A stretch of 61,011 nt of DNA from Colwellia sp. (GCA_022969215.1 JALJPA010000003.1:1-61011); one strand, 5' to 3'. Counted from the stretch's first letter, positions 1 to 10,544 are shown. The notes: generated by a model from the letters alone, not told the origin. Translations and numbers: made by a program.

Positions 1-2
1 CG

Positions 3-1817
3 GCTTGGTCGCTATTAATTATTTGCACACAAGCCAATATAACCTCAGTTAAAGCCTTTGTTACTGACCCGAGAATCAAGCAGTACCTACAAATTTGGGC
101 TGGCTTATCAACACTCTGCTGGGGAGCTGCATTATTTATTCCAGATAGCGTTAAGCTTTTATTCTCATTATTTTTATTACTTAATTTGTGGCTACTGGTC
201 TTACTTGAACAGTTATATAGAAATGCCGAAGTTAAAGTAAAATGGGCTCTATGGTCATTGATCATAGCCTTAGGTATGGCAACAGTGTTTGATTTTGTAC
301 TTTTTGCTCAGGCAGCCATGGTTAACCAATTAGACTTTTCTTACTGGTATGCCCGTGGCTTTATTACGGCGTTAGGTATGCCGTTAATATTGGTCAGTAC
401 TCGACGGATAAAAGACTGGTCAGTGGATGTTTTTGTTTCCCGTGAAATGGTTTTCTATAGCTCTATGTTATTAATATCAGGGGGATACTTATTATTATTA
501 GCCATAGCTGGCTATGCGATTAATTTTTTTGGTGGCACTTGGGGCGATGTAATTAGTATCGCTTTTATTCTTTTAGGTGGTAGTGTTTTAGCCGCACTAT
601 TAATTACTGAGAGATTACGTCGAGAGGTTAAGGTATTTATTACCAAACACTTTTTTGCTAATAAATATGATTATCGAATTGAGTGGCTTAAATCAATTGA
701 GCAGCTCGAAATTGGCGCAAGTGATGATTACTATCATACCGCTACTCATATTATTTGTTCATCTTTAAATATCGAGCAAGGGGCGTTAGTTAAAAAAATT
801 GCTACAGGAAGTTATCAGTGCCTTTACCAACAAAACTATCGTCTTGAGCAAGAGGATTTACACTGTTTAGCCACTGTTGATGAATTTTGCCAACAACATG
901 GTTGGATTATAGATGTCCGAGAACTCGCTATTGTTGAACAAAGTTACCCAGGCTTATCGTTAGATGCGCAATTATGTCGACAAAAGCACATTGATATAAT
1001 CATTCCTATATTTATGAATAAGTCAGTTTATGGATTTTTTATATTAGCCATGCCTGAAGAGCAAGGGTTATTAAACTGGGAAGACAGGGACTTACTTTTT
1101 TCCATCTCTAGGCAACTCAGTAACTACTTATCACTTAATGAAGCCAATGAACGGATAGCTGAGTCTAAGCAGTTTGATGCTTTTAATCGAATGTCTGCTT
1201 TTTTAGTCCATGACTTAAAAAATATTCAAGCGCAACTGTCTTTAATTAATAGCAATGCAAAACGACATCGAGATAACCCTGCTTTTATTGATGATGTTTT
1301 TGAAACGGTTGCCTCGGCAAACGGACGGCTTGATAAAGTACTGACCCAATTGCGTAATAAACAACTGGCGGAGTCAAGCAAGAAAAATACCGATGTACAG
1401 GCGTTAATCATGGAGGTGGTGGAGCAACGTAACGTACATATGCCGCATATTAGCGTGCAATTATCCCTTGAAAGTAGGATCTCTATTGATGAAGAGACCC
1501 TTTCTTCAGTATTAAATCATCTATTACAAAACGCACAAGAAGCGACAAACGATAATGGCTGGGTTAAGATAATTGCGCAGATGAGGGCAAGTGAATTACA
1601 TATCGAAATTATTGATAACGGTTGCGGTATGTCAGTAGATTTTATCGCTAACCGCCTATTTAAGCCCTTTGATACTACTAAGGGTAATGCTGGTATGGGG
1701 ATTGGTGTTTATGAAGCGAAACAATTCATTGAGAGCGTGGACGGCACCATGCAGGTAGCCAGCCAGGAAAATGAAGGTAGTCATTTTAAAATAGTTATAC
1801 CCTGTAAAACTCTTTAA
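3..1817 (+). CDS. prsK: XrtA/PEP-CTERM system histidine kinase PrsK (5'-truncated by window edge)
   Basis: Frame is open from nt 3 (AWSLLIICTQ...), so the TTG at 186 is not the true start. Multiple TM segments, KHFFANKYDYRIEW, H-box FLVHDLKN, HATPase boxes NAQEA/DNGCG/FKPFDTTKGNAGMGIG. Directly upstream of a PrsR-type regulator. Confidence 0.92.
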   Translation, partial: AWSLLIICTQANITSVKAFVTDPRIKQYLQIWAGLSTLCWGAALFIPDSVKLLFSLFLLLNLWLLVLLEQLYRNAEVKVKWALWSLIIALGMATVFDFVLFAQAAMVNQLDFSYWYARGFITALGMPLILVSTRRIKDWSVDVFVSREMVFYSSMLLISGGYLLLLAIAGYAINFFGGTWGDVISIAFILLGGSVLAALLITERLRREVKVFITKHFFANKYDYRIEWLKSIEQLEIGASDDYYHTATHIICSSLNIEQGALVKKIATGSYQCLYQQNYRLEQEDLHCLATVDEFCQQHGWIIDVRELAIVEQSYPGLSLDAQLCRQKHIDIIIPIFMNKSVYGFFILAMPEEQGLLNWEDRDLLFSISRQLSNYLSLNEANERIAESKQFDAFNRMSAFLVHDLKNIQAQLSLINSNAKRHRDNPAFIDDVFETVASANGRLDKVLTQLRNKQLAESSKKNTDVQALIMEVVEQRNVHMPHISVQLSLESRISIDEETLSSVLNHLLQNAQEATNDNGWVKIIAQMRASELHIEIIDNGCGMSVDFIANRLFKPFDTTKGNAGMGIGVYEAKQFIESVDGTMQVASQENEGSHFKIVIPCKTL

Positions 1818-1855
1818 AAATATAGATATTTAAAAATAAAGGAAATAGCATTGCG

Positions 1856-3205
1856 ATGGAAAAATTACTGATTGTTGATGATGATCTCGGTATACAAAAA
1901 CAATTGAAATGGAGCCTAGCTGATTACGACGTGGTATTAGCGGATACCCGTGAGAGTGCTATTGCCGCCGTAAGACGCCATGAACCTAAGGTTGTCACTT
2001 TAGATTTAGGCTTACCACCAGACGCCGCCAATGCCAGCGAAGGCTTGGCAGCGTTAAAGCAAATACTAGAGCTTGCACCCCATACCAAAGTTATTGTTAT
2101 TACGGGTAATGATGATCGAAGCAATGCCCTTAAAGCGATAGAAATGGGCGCTTATGATTTTTACCAAAAACCCGTAGATGCCGATGTGATTAATGTCATT
2201 GTTTCTCGTGCTTTTAGTTTGGCGACCATAGAAAAAGATAACCGCAGTATGAAATCAATAGTGGGCTGTGATACAGGTATTATTGGTAGTAGTGAAAGTA
2301 TTGATAGGTTACGCCTTATGGTGCAACGTATTGCTCCTACTCAAATCACCGCGTTATTACTAGGAGAAAGTGGTACCGGTAAAGAGGTTACCGCCAAAGC
2401 TATTCATAAAGTGAGTGACCGTAGTGATAAACCTTTTATTGCCATTAACTGTGCTTCTATTCCTGAAAACCTATTAGAAAGTGAATTGTTTGGCTTTGAA
2501 AAAGGTGCTTTTACTGGTGCTCACAAAACCACCCTAGGAAAAATAGAATGTGCTCAAGGCGGGACGTTATTTTTAGATGAAATAGGTGATATGCCTTATC
2601 ACTTACAAGCTAAATTGTTACGGTTTTTACAAGAAAAAGTCATAGAGCGCTTAGGCGGCCGTAAAGAAATACCGGTTGATGTCCGTGTTATTTGTGCAAC
2701 CAACCAAAATTTAGAACGTATGGTGGCGGAGAAAACCTTCCGTGAAGATCTTTTTTACCGTATTACTGAAATCACTCTGAATATTCCACCACTGCGTGAT
2801 CGAGAAGAAGATGTACTTATTTTAGCTAACTTTTTTTTACAGCAATACGCTGGCGAGTATAAGAGCAGTGTTAAATCATTTGCCGATGACGCCTTATACG
2901 GTCTGAGACATCATAAGTGGCCGGGTAATATTCGAGAATTACAAAACAAAGTAAAATCGTCGGTTATCATGAGTACCGGTAACCAAGTGACTGCGTTTGA
3001 TTTAGGTTTTTTTGATAAGGAAAATGCTGAATATGAACTGTCGTTAAATTTACGTGCGGTTCGTGAGCAAGCAGAAACTATAGCTATACAAAAGGCTTAT
3101 GCTTTAACAGAAGGAAATATGTCGAAAACGTCGGAGTTATTGGGAATCACCAGACCGACGCTTTATTCGTTAATTGAAAAATATAAAATCGCTATTAATA
3201 CTTAA
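1856..3205 (+). CDS. prsR: PEP-CTERM-box response regulator PrsR (sigma54 enhancer-binding protein)
   Basis: Receiver domain (VDDD...TLDLGLPP), AAA+ Walker A GESGTGKE, GAFTGA loop, FLDEIG, WPGNIREL, C-terminal Fis-type HTH (LLGITRPTLY). Confidence 0.94.
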   Translation: MEKLLIVDDDLGIQKQLKWSLADYDVVLADTRESAIAAVRRHEPKVVTLDLGLPPDAANASEGLAALKQILELAPHTKVIVITGNDDRSNALKAIEMGAYDFYQKPVDADVINVIVSRAFSLATIEKDNRSMKSIVGCDTGIIGSSESIDRLRLMVQRIAPTQITALLLGESGTGKEVTAKAIHKVSDRSDKPFIAINCASIPENLLESELFGFEKGAFTGAHKTTLGKIECAQGGTLFLDEIGDMPYHLQAKLLRFLQEKVIERLGGRKEIPVDVRVICATNQNLERMVAEKTFREDLFYRITEITLNIPPLRDREEDVLILANFFLQQYAGEYKSSVKSFADDALYGLRHHKWPGNIRELQNKVKSSVIMSTGNQVTAFDLGFFDKENAEYELSLNLRAVREQAETIAIQKAYALTEGNMSKTSELLGITRPTLYSLIEKYKIAINT

Positions 3206-3233
3206 CTCATTAAAAATAATGGTCCACTGATAA

Positions 3234-4268
3234 TTATTTACTATCAGTGGCTTTACTTTGTAGTTCGGCAAATTCACGGTTTTTTTGTTTTAAAAGCTTA
3301 TCAATATAGCGAGTCATTTTAACTTTTTGTTGAATCGAGCCTTCTAATATTTCTTCCACTTCTCGTAAAACATTTTTTATATTTTCAACGTGTTCAGTTG
3401 AGTTGATGACAAAAGGCTTACTTTCATTTTCTAGGACTGCACCATTAAGGGATCCTGTTAATTCAACCGACATTTCCTTCGCGACTTCATTAATAACTTT
3501 ACAATCTATCTGACTAAGCTCTTCGAGGAAACCAAACAATAAAAGCCTATCAACAAATATATTTATTTTTCTTGGTACGCCGAGTGTTTTTTCAAAAATA
3601 AGCTGAAAGGCATCATCAGAAAATAAAGCTTCTTTACTACAATTGGCCTGCGCTAACCTGTGATTAATATAATCTTTTACTTCTTCAACACTTAGTGGCT
3701 TTAGGTGAGCTGAAGCAATAATACGCTGTCTAAATTGCTCCATGTCAGGTGCGGAAATAATGGTTTTTAACTCTTCCTGACCCAGTAAAAAACTTTGAAT
3801 AAGTGGTTTATTATCTAGTTGGAAGTTAGAGAGCATACGTAGCTCTTCAACCGTTTCTGCTGGTAAGTTTTGTGCTTCATCAACAAGCAGTAAAGCACGC
3901 TTACCTTGCTTATTTAAGCCAATAAGAAACTGTTCAATACTTCGTAGTGTATCAGCCTTACTGTTACCATTTACTGTGATTTTAAACTCAGCGGCAACGA
4001 GTTCAAGTAACTCATTTGGAGATAGGTTAGTGGTAACTAACTGAGCTGCAACAATATTCTCATCGGCAATATTAGCTAATAAATTACGAGCAATGGTTGT
4101 TTTTCCTGTGCCAATAGGACCGGTAATAACAATAAAACCTTCCCCCTGATCTAAGCCATATTGTAAATAAGATAAAGCTCGTTGATGATGGGTAGTGGCA
4201 AAGAAAAATCGAGGGTCAGGACTTAACTGGAAAGGCCGTTCACTAAAGCCATAGTAACTTTCATACAT
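3234..4268 (-). CDS. XrtA/PEP-CTERM system-associated ExeA-like AAA ATPase
   Basis: MYESYYGFSERPFQLSPDPRFFF start, Walker A GPIGTGKTT, Walker B LLLVDEAQNL, GVPRKIN; position in the locus. Confidence 0.88.
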   Translation of the reverse strand: MYESYYGFSERPFQLSPDPRFFFATTHHQRALSYLQYGLDQGEGFIVITGPIGTGKTTIARNLLANIADENIVAAQLVTTNLSPNELLELVAAEFKITVNGNSKADTLRSIEQFLIGLNKQGKRALLLVDEAQNLPAETVEELRMLSNFQLDNKPLIQSFLLGQEELKTIISAPDMEQFRQRIIASAHLKPLSVEEVKDYINHRLAQANCSKEALFSDDAFQLIFEKTLGVPRKINIFVDRLLLFGFLEELSQIDCKVINEVAKEMSVELTGSLNGAVLENESKPFVINSTEHVENIKNVLREVEEILEGSIQQKVKMTRYIDKLLKQKNREFAELQSKATDSK

Positions 4269-4269
4269 A

Positions 4270-5796
4270 TTAGAAATCTTTTGTTAAATTAATGGAAGCG
4301 CGGGCTTCAGTGTAGGTGTAGCGCTCAATATTTGATTGCCTATCAAGGTATTGTAAGGTTAAAAATGCCTTGAGCGAGGACGCTAAACTTCTATTATAAG
4401 TAGTGGAGAAGGTTTTATAGGTATCTTCTTGTCGGGGACCATCTGGTCTATCTTTGTCAAAAGTATTGTTACTGTAATCCAGATAAACAGTAACATTACT
4501 TCGAGCACTCATACGACGAGTAACACTAAAACGAGCCTCAAGGTAGTCATCTATCACACCGCTACTTAAGGTTTCTCGCTCGCGGTTAGCTAAATTTAGG
4601 CTAAAGGTAGTACGAGCTAGGGTTAATTTCGATTGCCATGCAAGACGTTTATTTAAACTAAACGAATTATCTTCAACAAGCTCTGATTCGTTTTCACTAG
4701 TGCCACCTGGAGGTACGCTATTAGCTTCTTGAAAGTTATTACGATCGAACACTTCAATGGTTTCATGGTAAGAAATACTATTACTTAGTCGTTTGGTTCT
4801 ATGTGAAAAGTCTAACGTATAAGAATCACCAAAAAAGCGCTTAGAATAGCCTGCTTTTAGTGACGTCCGTGCAGATAGTTGCCAATCAATATCAGCAGCG
4901 ACGTAATCATCACTGGCCTGAGTGTCATCTCGTACATAATTATACGATAAATCGATAATAAAGTGCTTGGCTACTTGGTAACGTATGCCTGGACCCCAAG
5001 ATGGGATAGCATCAGGATTACTACCTGCTAACGTGCCGGTAACTCGCTCATTATAAAAACGGACAAATGGGTTTAGTTTATAGGGGGTAATAGCGCCGAT
5101 TTTAGTTTCTATCTGATAGTTTTCACTGGTAAAATCGCCATTTTCTCTATTTGAGAAGGAACCATCAACTTGCCAGAAAATATAACGGGCAGCATTACCA
5201 TTTTCACTCGTTATTATCGCGGAATAACCATTGCTTTCACCGATATCATCTTCAGTATCGGTGATGCTGTAGGATAAAGAGGAAAATAGTGAGTAATCGC
5301 TGTTAGCACTATTAAACTGCAAGCCTGCTGAGTTACTCAGTTGTTGAACCGTATCGCCGCTAACTAAGTCAGCTAAGCTATTACCTGTATCATTACTACT
5401 GACATTAGTGATGGATGAGCTGCCAATAACAAATAACTTATCATTCCATAGCTCATAAGATGCGGTTGCTAATAAGGTTTGATAGTCATCATTAAGCTCA
5501 CTATCATGGCTGTAGCCTACTAGTGTTTCTGTGCCGGCAAATGAAAACTTCAATTTTTTTGAACTAAAATTAGCATCAGCAGCAATAATGAATTGGCTCA
5601 CTAAACTCGTTTGTTTATCTAACTGATTTAGTTCAACATTATCAGTATAGGTTTCGGTGAGTCCTAAGCTGGGATCAAAGCGCCATTCACCCGCTAATGA
5701 GCTGGCAGATAAAAATAAGCCAGCTAGAGTGAAGCAATGTATCTGTGACAGAAACTTACTGATTTTTTCTGCCATAGCCATATCCATAATAGCCAT
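4270..5796 (-). CDS. PEP-CTERM system-associated outer-membrane beta-barrel protein (TIGR03016-like)
   Basis: Signal peptide followed by W.F.PSL...ETYTDNV, alternating beta-strands, C-terminal Phe (INLTKDF); lies between the kinase and the ATPase. Confidence 0.82.
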   Translation of the reverse strand: MAIMDMAMAEKISKFLSQIHCFTLAGLFLSASSLAGEWRFDPSLGLTETYTDNVELNQLDKQTSLVSQFIIAADANFSSKKLKFSFAGTETLVGYSHDSELNDDYQTLLATASYELWNDKLFVIGSSSITNVSSNDTGNSLADLVSGDTVQQLSNSAGLQFNSANSDYSLFSSLSYSITDTEDDIGESNGYSAIITSENGNAARYIFWQVDGSFSNRENGDFTSENYQIETKIGAITPYKLNPFVRFYNERVTGTLAGSNPDAIPSWGPGIRYQVAKHFIIDLSYNYVRDDTQASDDYVAADIDWQLSARTSLKAGYSKRFFGDSYTLDFSHRTKRLSNSISYHETIEVFDRNNFQEANSVPPGGTSENESELVEDNSFSLNKRLAWQSKLTLARTTFSLNLANRERETLSSGVIDDYLEARFSVTRRMSARSNVTVYLDYSNNTFDKDRPDGPRQEDTYKTFSTTYNRSLASSLKAFLTLQYLDRQSNIERYTYTEARASINLTKDF

Positions 5797-6661
5797 AGAT
5801 ATCCTTTTTAGATCTAATGGTTTTATTCATTACTAAGCCTAAAGCTATATCGTTATTTAACTGACTTACTGCTGTTTTAACGTCATCTGTTTTAGTTTTT
5901 GACTCTTCGACCACTATAAGCGCTTGGCCAACAAGATCGGATAATACTGGAGTTTCTGTAACGCCGATGATTGGCGGGCAATCGAAAATAACGATTCGAT
6001 CTGGATAACGTTCTGCTAGCTCTTTCGCTAAATTCGCCATTCGCTCACTGGCCAATAATTCATTGGTTAAATGGTGTGGCTTACCGGCAGGAATCAATTT
6101 TAAGTTTTCAATGTTAGTACTATAAATAATATCGGAAAGTGATGTCACCTCAGCTAATAAGTATTCGAGTAAGCCCTGTTTGCTATCAAACTCTAATTCT
6201 CTATGCAAACTAGGTCTTAGTACGTCGGCATCAATTAGCAGTACTGTCTTATCCTGTTCTAGGGCAATACTTAATGCTAAATTAATAGCGATATAGGTTT
6301 TTCCTTCATTAGGATGAGAGCTGGTCACCATAATCAAGTTACTATTATGTAGTGTTTTTGATGCTAAGCCAAAAGCATTATTTAGCAATTTTCGTTTAAT
6401 ATGCCGAAACTCTTCTTGAATATGATGAGCGCTATCGGGGCTATAAATAAAGCCGCGCTCATTTAACCTATTACCATTTAAAATAATCTTATCTTTATTA
6501 CTGGGGATATTACTGTTCACTGGTTCGTTTGCTACGGGTACTGACGTACTAGTGGTTTTTGGCATAACTGTTTTAGTTATATTTGCATTTTCAGCGATGT
6601 TAGTGATTTTATCTTGCTGAGCTAATCTTTGTTTAGCCAGGGCTTTTTCAATGGTACTCAT
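5756..6661 (-). CDS. XrtA-associated bacterial tyrosine autokinase (BY-kinase, Wzc C-terminal-like)
   Basis: EEFRHIKRKL, Walker A SSHPNEGKT, A' LLIDAD, B IVIFDCPP, C-terminal Tyr cluster YGYYGYGYG. Confidence 0.92.
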   Translation of the reverse strand: MSTIEKALAKQRLAQQDKITNIAENANITKTVMPKTTSTSVPVANEPVNSNIPSNKDKIILNGNRLNERGFIYSPDSAHHIQEEFRHIKRKLLNNAFGLASKTLHNSNLIMVTSSHPNEGKTYIAINLALSIALEQDKTVLLIDADVLRPSLHRELEFDSKQGLLEYLLAEVTSLSDIIYSTNIENLKLIPAGKPHHLTNELLASERMANLAKELAERYPDRIVIFDCPPIIGVTETPVLSDLVGQALIVVEESKTKTDDVKTAVSQLNNDIALGLVMNKTIRSKKDIYGYYGYGYGRKNQ

Positions 6662-6663
6662 GG

Positions 6664-8250
6664 CTAAAAGATCCTTTTCAATGGAGCCTGTACTAGGTCA
6701 GGAAATAAAAAATAACTAATAAATAGCACTAATATGCAGAGTAGCATCAAATTTGAACCGACAAAAATCAAAGTTTTCTTTTGATGCCATTTATGTAAAC
6801 CTAAGTTCTCATTGGCTGATATAACTCCAAAAATAGGCACGCCAGTGGCTTTTGATAATTGCATTGTCGAGGTTGCTACTGGGTTTAATAGGCTCATTAA
6901 TAAAGATAAACCAATGCCAACACCAAAACCTAACACTGTGACCGCGCCAAATAAAATAAAGCGTTTTGGCCCTGATGGTTTACTTGCTATTCGTGGTGGG
7001 TCTATGGTGCGAAATTGAATTTTATCCGTTGTTTCATCAGCTTGTTGCGCTAGCTGTGCCGTTTCTTTACGAGATAATAACTCTTCGTACTTTCCTTTGG
7101 TAATGGAATAACCGCGGTTTAGGGCGATCAACTCGGCCTCAATCTCAGGTAATGTATGTACTCTATTTTCAAGTTCAATGATGCGCTGGCGGTAATTGTC
7201 AGCCCTAACATTGAGTGAAGCAATCAAGTTTTCCAATTGGTTAACTTGAATTTGTACTTCTTGAATAACAGGGTTAGCACTTAATCGTTTTAAGCTACCA
7301 CTATTTTCACTATTTTGCGCAAGATACTTGTTAATCTCACTACTGCGTAATTTATTTAAATGTGCCAAATTTCTACTTATTTCAATGACATCTGGATGTC
7401 TGTCGGTATAACGGAGTTTTAAAGTATCAAGTTGTACTTCGAGCTCTCTAATACGATCATCGTAAGTGGTTTGAATTGAGCTATCACTTTTGATTTTATT
7501 ATCACTGTTGGTATCGGTAACTATCGACTGGGCAAGTTGCTTTTTAGCTGATTCTAAACGCGTTTTATTTTCCAATATTTCTAATTCTATGGACTTTAAC
7601 TGATCTATACTGACGTTAAGTTTTCTGTAATAACCGCCAGACTGTTCAGGTAAAATACCACTATATTTTTGTTTAAAGCTAGTGAGCCTAGCCTCCGAAT
7701 GACTTAAACGCTTTTCATAGTCTCTAATTTGAGTATTTATAAATTTCCGGGCACTATCTGAATCGTTGCGTGTTTCTCCTAAGGTATTTTCAATAAACAC
7801 ATTTAACGCAGCGCGAACGATATTTCTCGCCATTTCAGGGTCTTTATCTTCAATACTTAAGGTATAAATATTTTCTCGACCAACCCCTGATATTTTGATG
7901 TTGTTTTTTAGTGATTTAATAATCTGCTCATATTCTTCACTATTACTTGCTTGTACATCAAGGTCGGTCATACGCGATATTCGTTCTAAATTTGGTCGGC
8001 TTAATAGTGTTTTAACCATAAGGCGAATTTGAGTGTTCGGATTAGTTTCAACAGTTAACCCTTTTAGTAGTGGACGTAATAATGATTGTGTATCAACATA
8101 AACTCTTGCTTCTGATTCATAGATATTGGGCATAGATGAAACGAAATACCAACCAAGCGGACAAATAAGCCAAGTTGCTATGATGATATAACGACGTTTT
8201 AACCAAATTCCTTTTAGATAATCAATTATCTCTTCAAATATTTCGTGCAT
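6664..8250 (-). CDS. XrtA system polysaccharide chain-length determinant (Wzc N-terminal/PCP)
   Basis: Two TM helices flanking a long coiled coil; YESEARVYVDTQSLLRPLL, YTDRHPDV, FRTIDPP..PSGPKR. Confidence 0.9.
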   Translation of the reverse strand: MHEIFEEIIDYLKGIWLKRRYIIIATWLICPLGWYFVSSMPNIYESEARVYVDTQSLLRPLLKGLTVETNPNTQIRLMVKTLLSRPNLERISRMTDLDVQASNSEEYEQIIKSLKNNIKISGVGRENIYTLSIEDKDPEMARNIVRAALNVFIENTLGETRNDSDSARKFINTQIRDYEKRLSHSEARLTSFKQKYSGILPEQSGGYYRKLNVSIDQLKSIELEILENKTRLESAKKQLAQSIVTDTNSDNKIKSDSSIQTTYDDRIRELEVQLDTLKLRYTDRHPDVIEISRNLAHLNKLRSSEINKYLAQNSENSGSLKRLSANPVIQEVQIQVNQLENLIASLNVRADNYRQRIIELENRVHTLPEIEAELIALNRGYSITKGKYEELLSRKETAQLAQQADETTDKIQFRTIDPPRIASKPSGPKRFILFGAVTVLGFGVGIGLSLLMSLLNPVATSTMQLSKATGVPIFGVISANENLGLHKWHQKKTLIFVGSNLMLLCILVLFISYFLFPDLVQAPLKRIF

Positions 8251-8301
8251 TACTACCCTTTAATTGTGCGCTGATTTGAGATGTTGTTAACGATGACAGG
8301 T

Positions 8302-8937
8302 TTAAAACCATGCCTCAGGAATGATAATAATATCACCGGGTAACATATCAACATTTGCACTTATCTCTCCATCTTTAAGCAATTGATCTATCATAACTTG
8401 ATATTGCTTTTGCTTACCATTTTCAATACGTATCAATACCGCATCATTACCATCGGCAAACTCAGTCAAACCACCGACTTGGATCATAACATCCAGTAAA
8501 GTCATATGCTGAGTATAATTAATTGCCCGCGGTTGCGCGGCTTCACCGATAACACGGATTTGCTCACTAAAAGGACCGACAAAATTTGCTACTGTAACCG
8601 TAACAATAGGGTCGCGCAGGTAAGTTGCTAATATTTCTTCAATTGAGCGGGCTAGTTCAGTTGGGGTTTTACCTGCTACCTCGATATCTTCAACTAGCGA
8701 TGTGGTAATCATACCATCGGGTCGAACAACAAAAGAGCCGGATACCTCGGGGTTTCGCCAAACAAAAATATTAAGCACATCACCTGAGCCGATTAAGTAC
8801 TTATACGAATCGATATTAATAGTATTTGATGGGTGCAAGGTTGCGCTAGGAAGTGTACTGTTTGAACTACAGCCTGAAAGAAATGTTGCTAGCAATAGCA
8901 GTGCAATTTTTAAGTTGTTGGCAAAGCGATTATCCAT
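8302..8937 (-). CDS. wza: Polysaccharide export outer-membrane lipoprotein (Wza/OPX family)
   Basis: Lipobox LSGC; YLIGSGDVLNIFVWRNPE, VRPDGMIT, PGDIIIIPEAWF. Confidence 0.9.
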   Translation of the reverse strand: MDNRFANNLKIALLLLATFLSGCSSNSTLPSATLHPSNTINIDSYKYLIGSGDVLNIFVWRNPEVSGSFVVRPDGMITTSLVEDIEVAGKTPTELARSIEEILATYLRDPIVTVTVANFVGPFSEQIRVIGEAAQPRAINYTQHMTLLDVMIQVGGLTEFADGNDAVLIRIENGKQKQYQVMIDQLLKDGEISANVDMLPGDIIIIPEAWF

Positions 8938-9135
8938 AATTTACACCTTTTATAAAATACAATTTAATTAGAAAACAATGATTAATTGTATGATATTTTA
9001 TCTTAGTTTAACAACGTAAATTAACAAGTGTAAATTAAACGTTAACTTTATTATCTTTTTTGTTAGAATTAGTGCTGTTTTGTCGGAAGGTACTTGCAGT
9101 TTAGCAGCTATCAATTTAAGGGAATCTAGTCGACT

Positions 9136-10539
9136 ATGTCTAGTTCGAAGTTTCGTGATTTATCAGCAGGAAGTAAGTCTTTAATTATCATAGAGCAGAT
9201 CCTATTCGCAGGCTCTCTGTTTTTAGCTGTTCATTTGAATAGCTTATTTAAAGTTGTTGAGTTTCAGCTGATTCCAGATGGTTTCTTATTGCTATATGCG
9301 GTTATCTTCGCGCTGCTTAATCAATTAAGCGCTTTAGCATTAGGTTTATATAACTCAAAACTGAGAGAAAGCTTTCGCGGTATTTTCCGTCGTATGTTGA
9401 TGTGCGTATCTGTGGCTTTTTTTGTCGCAACCATAATAAATCCCTTTTATGGGCCTTATCACCTACCCATTGAATTATTGGCTATCGCCTCATTGATTAG
9501 TGTTTTCCTGATTAGTTGCTTCCGTTACTTTACCTTTAAAGTCGATTTTTTTGGCTTTGGAAAACGAAATATTTTAGTGCTGGGTGCGGGCGAGCGAGCA
9601 TCAATAATTGAAAAACGTATGCGGCGTGATGTCGATAGACAAGACTTCACCGTACATGGCTTTATCGTTATGGTGGGGGATTCACCCGAAGGTATCAAAT
9701 TTGAAACACGTATTAATCTAACTGAGTCATTGGTGGAGTACTCTTTAGCAAATGAAATTGATGAAATTGTCGTCGCCAATGATGAACGGCGTAATAATTT
9801 ACCCGTAGATGAACTTTTTGCTTGTAAAATTCGTGGTATCGAAATAACCGAAATATTAGATTTTATCGAACGTGAAACAGGGCAAATAGCGGTAAACCTT
9901 ATTTATCCTAGTTGGGTTATTTATTCCAATGGCTTTGCTTCTAATAATCACTTGCGCAATACCTTAGATTGGATTTTTAATGCGGTAATGGCAGTGGTTT
10001 TATTGTTAGTTACTTGGCCAATTATGCTTATTGCTGTGTTATGCATGAAACTCACCGAAGGCTTTAATGCACCGGTACTTTATAGGCAAGAGCGGGTCGG
10101 TTTAGACGGCGAACCCTTTAATATTATTAAATTTCGCAGTATGCGTTTAGATGCAGAAAAACACGGTGCACAAATGGCTAGTGAAAATGATAGTCGCATT
10201 ACCAAGGTTGGCCGATATTTGCGCAAATACCGTATTGATGAATTGCCACAAATTTGGAATGTACTGCATGGCGATATGGGCTTTGTTGGTCCTAGACCGG
10301 AACGGCCACAATTTGTGCAAGGCTTAATTAAAAATCTACCTTATTACAACGAACGTCATAATGTTAAACCGGGTTTAACGGGGTGGGCACAATTGAAATA
10401 TCCTTACGGGGCAACAGAGGCTGATTCACTGGAAAAGTTAAAATATGATCTTTATTACATTAAGCACCGTAGTTTTTTGTTGGATTTATTGATATTAATT
10501 AGAACCGTTGAAATAGTTTTGTTTGGCAAAGGACGCTAA
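9136..10539 (+). CDS. Priming undecaprenyl-phosphate sugar transferase, PEP-CTERM system associated (TIGR03013-like)
   Basis: N-terminal TM helices plus Bac_transf motifs YRQERVG, KFRSM, DELPQ, GPRPER, VKPGLTGWAQ, KLKYDLYY. Confidence 0.92.
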   Translation: MSSSKFRDLSAGSKSLIIIEQILFAGSLFLAVHLNSLFKVVEFQLIPDGFLLLYAVIFALLNQLSALALGLYNSKLRESFRGIFRRMLMCVSVAFFVATIINPFYGPYHLPIELLAIASLISVFLISCFRYFTFKVDFFGFGKRNILVLGAGERASIIEKRMRRDVDRQDFTVHGFIVMVGDSPEGIKFETRINLTESLVEYSLANEIDEIVVANDERRNNLPVDELFACKIRGIEITEILDFIERETGQIAVNLIYPSWVIYSNGFASNNHLRNTLDWIFNAVMAVVLLLVTWPIMLIAVLCMKLTEGFNAPVLYRQERVGLDGEPFNIIKFRSMRLDAEKHGAQMASENDSRITKVGRYLRKYRIDELPQIWNVLHGDMGFVGPRPERPQFVQGLIKNLPYYNERHNVKPGLTGWAQLKYPYGATEADSLEKLKYDLYYIKHRSFLLDLLILIRTVEIVLFGKGR

Positions 10540-10544
10540 TTAAG

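Noticed and set aside
58-240. 60-aa ORF overlapping the prsK 5' region
   Set aside because: Out-of-frame overlap with the prsK frame, which is open from nt 3.
9083-9098. Sigma54 promoter-like CGGAAGGTACTTGCA upstream of the sugar transferase
   Set aside because: GG-to-GC spacing is 9 nt rather than the required 10.
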